A DNA stretch of 64,000 nucleotides, taken from positions 55,946-119,945 of the forward strand of contig JBHLKM010000010.1 of assembly GCA_048886685.1 (NCBI GenBank), given 5' to 3'. The DNA comes from Candidatus Hodarchaeota archaeon (GTDB taxonomy: Archaea > Asgardarchaeota > Lokiarchaeia > Sigyniarchaeales > SOKP01). Positions within the stretch are counted from its first letter, which is position 1. Every line of letters begins with the position of its first letter. Both the position numbers and the translations under genes were made by a program. Shown piece after piece: positions 60,292 to 64,000 of this stretch. The notes beneath the pieces are model-generated. The model saw only the letters and a program-made list of their open reading frames with translations, did not search any database and was not told the DNA's origin.

Positions 60292-60489
60292 ATGGCTAAA
60301 AAAGCAGCTGTAGAGGCTCTGTTTGTAAAAAGTAAAGTTCGAGAGTACATCAAAGGAAAAGGATGCAATACAAGTGGAGACTTGATTGATGGTCCCGCAC
60401 TTAACAATGCTATTATTGAAATCCTTGACAAAGCTATTGGAAGAGCCAAGGCTAATAATAGGAAAACAGTTCAAGAAAAAGATTTATAG
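60292..60489 (+). CDS. short histone-fold protein (truncated alpha3 type)
   Basis: LFVKSKVREYIK...NTSGD...AIGRAKANNRKTVQEKDL; SD AGGAGG. Confidence 0.88.
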   Translation: MAKKAAVEALFVKSKVREYIKGKGCNTSGDLIDGPALNNAIIEILDKAIGRAKANNRKTVQEKDL

Positions 60490-60719
60490 ATTTCTTGCTC
60501 AAAACCTTAAACTAAAGTTTTTTTTTCATCTTATTTTCTCTCATAAAACTTTATCATTAAATCACTAATTTGATGGTGTATTTAGTTTTAAATTATCAAA
60601 ATTTTATCTTTTAACATAACTACACACACAACCACAATAAATAAAGAATAAAAATTCCTCCCCAAATCGCCTTATACCTCGGACTCCTTCTAGAGAATCG
60701 GAATTATTTATTCTTATTT

Positions 60720-61256
60720 TTACTTTTTCTCTGAACCTTGTTTAATTTCTTTATCAATAATAAAAAAACCCACTGAAATTACGCTTTTCAATCTTTGCAG
60801 ACGATCTTTAAGTGTTTTTACTCGATCAAAAGGTCCTGAGACCGCGATAATTTCTAAACATTTACCATATTCCAAATGAACATGCATAGTAGATATGATT
60901 ATATCAAAAAAGTGATGCTGAATATCAATCTTTAATATTTCATCTGTTTGTTGAATATTAGCATACATCGTCCCAGAACTATAATCATGCTCATGATCAG
61001 CAGTGTGAGAAGAATTATGAGAGTGTTCATGTTGTTTAATATCTGGATGTTCATGAGCCATAATAATTGTTATACATCCCACAACGTTTCCAGAACTTAT
61101 AGAAATATTTTCTTCACTGATCATAAAAGAATGCATTGCTTTCCGAATAGCATCTGATCTTGACATCCCTAACTTAAGTCTAAACGCCTCAAATAACTTA
61201 TATAACTTTTCAGGAAGAGAAATTGTAAATCGCTTATATTCCTCCATTTTAAACAA
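60720..61256 (-). CDS. nikR: nickel-responsive regulator NikR with His-rich insertion
   Basis: RFTISLP...SRSDAIR (RHH); QHHF...MHVHL...CLE nickel ligands. Confidence 0.88.
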   Translation of the reverse strand: MFKMEEYKRFTISLPEKLYKLFEAFRLKLGMSRSDAIRKAMHSFMISEENISISSGNVVGCITIIMAHEHPDIKQHEHSHNSSHTADHEHDYSSGTMYANIQQTDEILKIDIQHHFFDIIISTMHVHLEYGKCLEIIAVSGPFDRVKTLKDRLQRLKSVISVGFFIIDKEIKQGSEKK

Positions 61257-61288
61257 TCGTCATCTTTTTTTAGAAAAAGGATAAAAAT

Positions 61289-62026
61289 TCATTTTTTTAT
61301 AAAAATCGCAATTGGCACGCTAGCTTCTCGCCATTGAGCAATTTTTCCAGAATATTCTAAGTTTAACCTGCTTCTACCATGATCACCGATTATGATCATC
61401 AATGAATTTTTCCTTAGTTGCTTATAATTACTTAAGATCCATTTGTCAGTTCGATTTAATAATTTCTCTATTAAATCTTCTGGAGTTCTTTGCCTTAATT
61501 GCTGTTGCTGCTTATGTAAGTTCTCAAAATCTAGGTAATGCATCCAAGATAGGTCAAAATTATTAATTACTTTTGCTGATTCTACCCAAGTACTCATATC
61601 AGAGTCTTTAGCAATTGATTTAGTTCCTCCATCATAACGGTCTAAATCTTTTTTCCGTCCGATAAAACATGATTTTTTGTCGCTTTCATTTAAATGTTTC
61701 AGAAGGTGGAAACCATTAGGTTCCACATCAAACCCACCATACATTAATTGATGTAAAACTCCTAACGTATAAGGATTTCTTGTGCTTAGCAATAACATCA
61801 ATTCAGCGTTGCTAATCATGAATTTTGGCTTCATATAAGTTATTTCGAAGAGACCTAGGTTATCAATTAGATTTATACTAATACGTTCAACATTTTGATA
61901 AAGATTTAGAACTCCTTGAATTGGTTCAGGAATAGTTTTTTGAGGAGGGTCAACTTTTAATAATTTTAATATTGTTGCTGGTAGTTGGTTCATATAGCAT
62001 TTTAAAGTTTGAAGTTCTGAGCTCAT
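61289..62026 (-). CDS. alkaline-phosphatase-superfamily-like protein
   Basis: LIDNLG, LDFENLH and IGDHG metal-ligand-like motifs. Confidence 0.55.
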   Translation of the reverse strand: MSSELQTLKCYMNQLPATILKLLKVDPPQKTIPEPIQGVLNLYQNVERISINLIDNLGLFEITYMKPKFMISNAELMLLLSTRNPYTLGVLHQLMYGGFDVEPNGFHLLKHLNESDKKSCFIGRKKDLDRYDGGTKSIAKDSDMSTWVESAKVINNFDLSWMHYLDFENLHKQQQQLRQRTPEDLIEKLLNRTDKWILSNYKQLRKNSLMIIIGDHGRSRLNLEYSGKIAQWREASVPIAIFIKK

Positions 62027-62147
62027 AGCTGTGCCCTTAAATTGATTTATATTTAATAATTCTTAATATTATTAAAAAGATAATATAATTATAAAATTGT
62101 TATCACTTTAATTATTGAGTATTGTACCAATTTTAAAAAATGATAAA

Positions 62148-63428
62148 ATGAGAATATTATATATTGATTTGAAAAACTCTGGAATCTCTGGAGATATGTT
62201 ATTAGCAGCATTGTTAGGAATAGTTCCTGAACCAGAGGAAATTTTAAAAGATTTAAGAAAATTAAAAAATTATTTACCTGATGTTTCGCAATTAAATATT
62301 GATTTAAATAAAATAGATAGATCAGGAATTCAATTAAATCAACTGAAAATTGAGATTAAAGAAAATAAGGATCATAGGTCGGCAAAAACACTAAAAAATT
62401 CTCTTAATCAATATTTAAATGAAAATTCCTTTTCAGATTTAGCTAAAAATTATGCTAACCAAGTTTTAGATTCTTTAATCCAAGCAGAAGCAGAAGTGCA
62501 CGGTGAATTAGCTAGTAAAGTCCATTTACACGAACTTAGTTCAATTGACACATTAATAGATATTTTAGGGGTTACTACCGTACTAGATAAAATGAATAGT
62601 TTTGATGAAAATTTTAAATTTTTTTGTAGTAAGATACCTTTAGGAGGTGGTGAAGTTAACACCACCCATGGTTTGTTAACAATTCCAGCTCCAGCTACCC
62701 TAAAGATTTTAGAAAAGTCAAATTTAATAACTTTCGGAGGACCTATAGAATCTGAATTGGTAACTCCTACAGGTATTGCCTTATTAACAAGTTTGAGTCC
62801 TGTTTTTTTAGAGTATTTACCTGAGATGATGATTAGGAAATCCGCTTATAGTACTGGTCAGAATAAGTTTAAAGATTTTCAAAATATACTACGCTTATTT
62901 TTTGGAGAATATGAGGATTTAGAAAGTACTATACCTAATCATCCAATGCAAAAATATGTTGAAAAAGTGTCGATTTTAGAAACTGATGTTGATGATGTCT
63001 CGGGAGAGATACTTGGGAATTTCTTCAATGAATTCAAGGAGGAAAAAGTATTAGATCTTCAAATAATTCCAAGTTTAACGAAAAAAAATCGACCTAGTTA
63101 TATAATAAAGGTTTTATGTTATCCAGAATATACATTTGAATTGATTGAAAAAATTATCCATGAATTAGGGACTTTAGGGGTAAGATATAGTATAGTAAAC
63201 CGTGTATGTGTAGATAGAACTATAGAAAAACATATCATTAAAATTAATAAAAAGGAATATGATGTAAATTTTAAAGTCTCTTATATTGAATTGGGAAAGA
63301 GTAAAGAAATCATAAATGTCAAGCCAGAATATGAAGATCTTAAAAAAATTAGTAATAATTCTGGAATTTCAGTGAGAGAGATACAATTTATTATACAAGC
63401 TAAGATAAAACAACTATTTTACTCTTAG
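62148..63428 (+). CDS. larC: nickel pincer cofactor biosynthesis protein LarC
   Basis: SGISGDMLLAAL, AEAEVHG...HLHE, HGLLTIPAPAT, ELVTPTG, ETDVDD, PEYED. Confidence 0.93.
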   Translation: MRILYIDLKNSGISGDMLLAALLGIVPEPEEILKDLRKLKNYLPDVSQLNIDLNKIDRSGIQLNQLKIEIKENKDHRSAKTLKNSLNQYLNENSFSDLAKNYANQVLDSLIQAEAEVHGELASKVHLHELSSIDTLIDILGVTTVLDKMNSFDENFKFFCSKIPLGGGEVNTTHGLLTIPAPATLKILEKSNLITFGGPIESELVTPTGIALLTSLSPVFLEYLPEMMIRKSAYSTGQNKFKDFQNILRLFFGEYEDLESTIPNHPMQKYVEKVSILETDVDDVSGEILGNFFNEFKEEKVLDLQIIPSLTKKNRPSYIIKVLCYPEYTFELIEKIIHELGTLGVRYSIVNRVCVDRTIEKHIIKINKKEYDVNFKVSYIELGKSKEIINVKPEYEDLKKISNNSGISVREIQFIIQAKIKQLFYS

Positions 63429-63503
63429 ATATTATGGATGATAAAAATTATAAAAAATAAGAAAAAAAATTGGTTTATAAATAAATTTCAGTATTTTTCT
63501 GCC

Positions 63504-64000
63504 TTAATATTTATCAACATGAAATTTATTCAAGTAGTACTCATCTTCGACCATTTCTTTGGAAAATTCTTTTAATCGATTTATTTCTTTAGTAATATCT
63601 TTTACTTTTCTTAGTTTTCCTAAATCCTTGAATATTTCTGATGCTTCTTGAAATGTTTTTACGCTTTTATCATAATCCCCGGAGACTTCAAGATCTTCAG
63701 CTAGAAACACTAAACCTTCAGCAGTTTCTACCTTCTTACCTAATCTCTTTTGAATCTTTAGTGATTGATAATGACATTTCATACTTTCAGCATATTGTCT
63801 AAACACAGAGTAGGTTCTTCCTAATGCCCTTAGAACTAGAGCTTCTTGTTCAGGTAAATTATTTTCTCGGCAAAACTTTAAGATAGAATCTAAAAATTGG
63901 ATGTATTCCGTTTTATTCTTTAATTTTGTACGATCTATGCGTTCAAGTGCCCTTTCATAGTGATCTAAAGTATTCTCAATATCTTTTTCTTCAAAAAATT
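63504..64000 (-). CDS. tetratricopeptide-repeat protein, C-terminal part (5' end outside the window)
   Basis: Frame is open to the window edge; EALVLRALGRTYSVFRQYAESMKCHYQSLKI is TPR-like. Confidence 0.75.
   Translation of the reverse strand, partial: FFEEKDIENTLDHYERALERIDRTKLKNKTEYIQFLDSILKFCRENNLPEQEALVLRALGRTYSVFRQYAESMKCHYQSLKIQKRLGKKVETAEGLVFLAEDLEVSGDYDKSVKTFQEASEIFKDLGKLRKVKDITKEINRLKEFSKEMVEDEYYLNKFHVDKY

Noticed and set aside
412-62665. Many short antisense or overlapping ORFs in the track (e.g. 412..609, 5598..5891, 8678..8974, 14960..15310, 52669..52995)
   Set aside because: They are shadows of well-supported genes on the opposite strand or frame and show no motifs.
1-64000. tRNA, rRNA, CRISPR arrays, IS elements
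   Set aside because: No T-loop/cloverleaf, long GC-rich RNA gene, spaced repeat array or transposase ORF was seen by eye.

Overview
AT-rich archaeal chromosomal window, most likely from an Asgard archaeon (Lokiarchaeia-like). The evidence is archaeal uS15 and eS1 ribosomal protein genes, longin/roadblock-like and ubiquitin-fold proteins, and expanded acyl-CoA metabolism. Most of the window is anaerobic amino-acid/fatty-acid catabolism: a B12 acyl-CoA mutase with MeaB, an acyl-CoA dehydrogenase with EtfAB, IorAB, two ADP-forming acyl-CoA ligase alpha subunits and alpha/beta hydrolases. Housekeeping genes include rps15, rps3ae, rdgB, a glmU-like gene, cobB, rbr, nikR, larC, RNase III and a short histone. 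I saw no rRNA, tRNA, CRISPR array or transposase. The most unusual region is about 10.4-20.1 kb: three paralogous ~215-aa three-helix coiled-coil proteins (possibly BAR-like), two MscS channels, CorA, an ArsB/NhaD-type transporter, a free Sm-fold protein, a roadblock/coiled-coil fusion, an unannotated 58-aa polyacidic peptide and an RHH regulator with visible operator boxes. A second module at 0.75-4.0 kb combines an LVIVD surface protein, an ICMT-like methyltransferase and an ICMT-TM-wHTH fusion regulator under a duplicated 31-bp promoter element. All family assignments come from reading motifs by eye; no searches were run.
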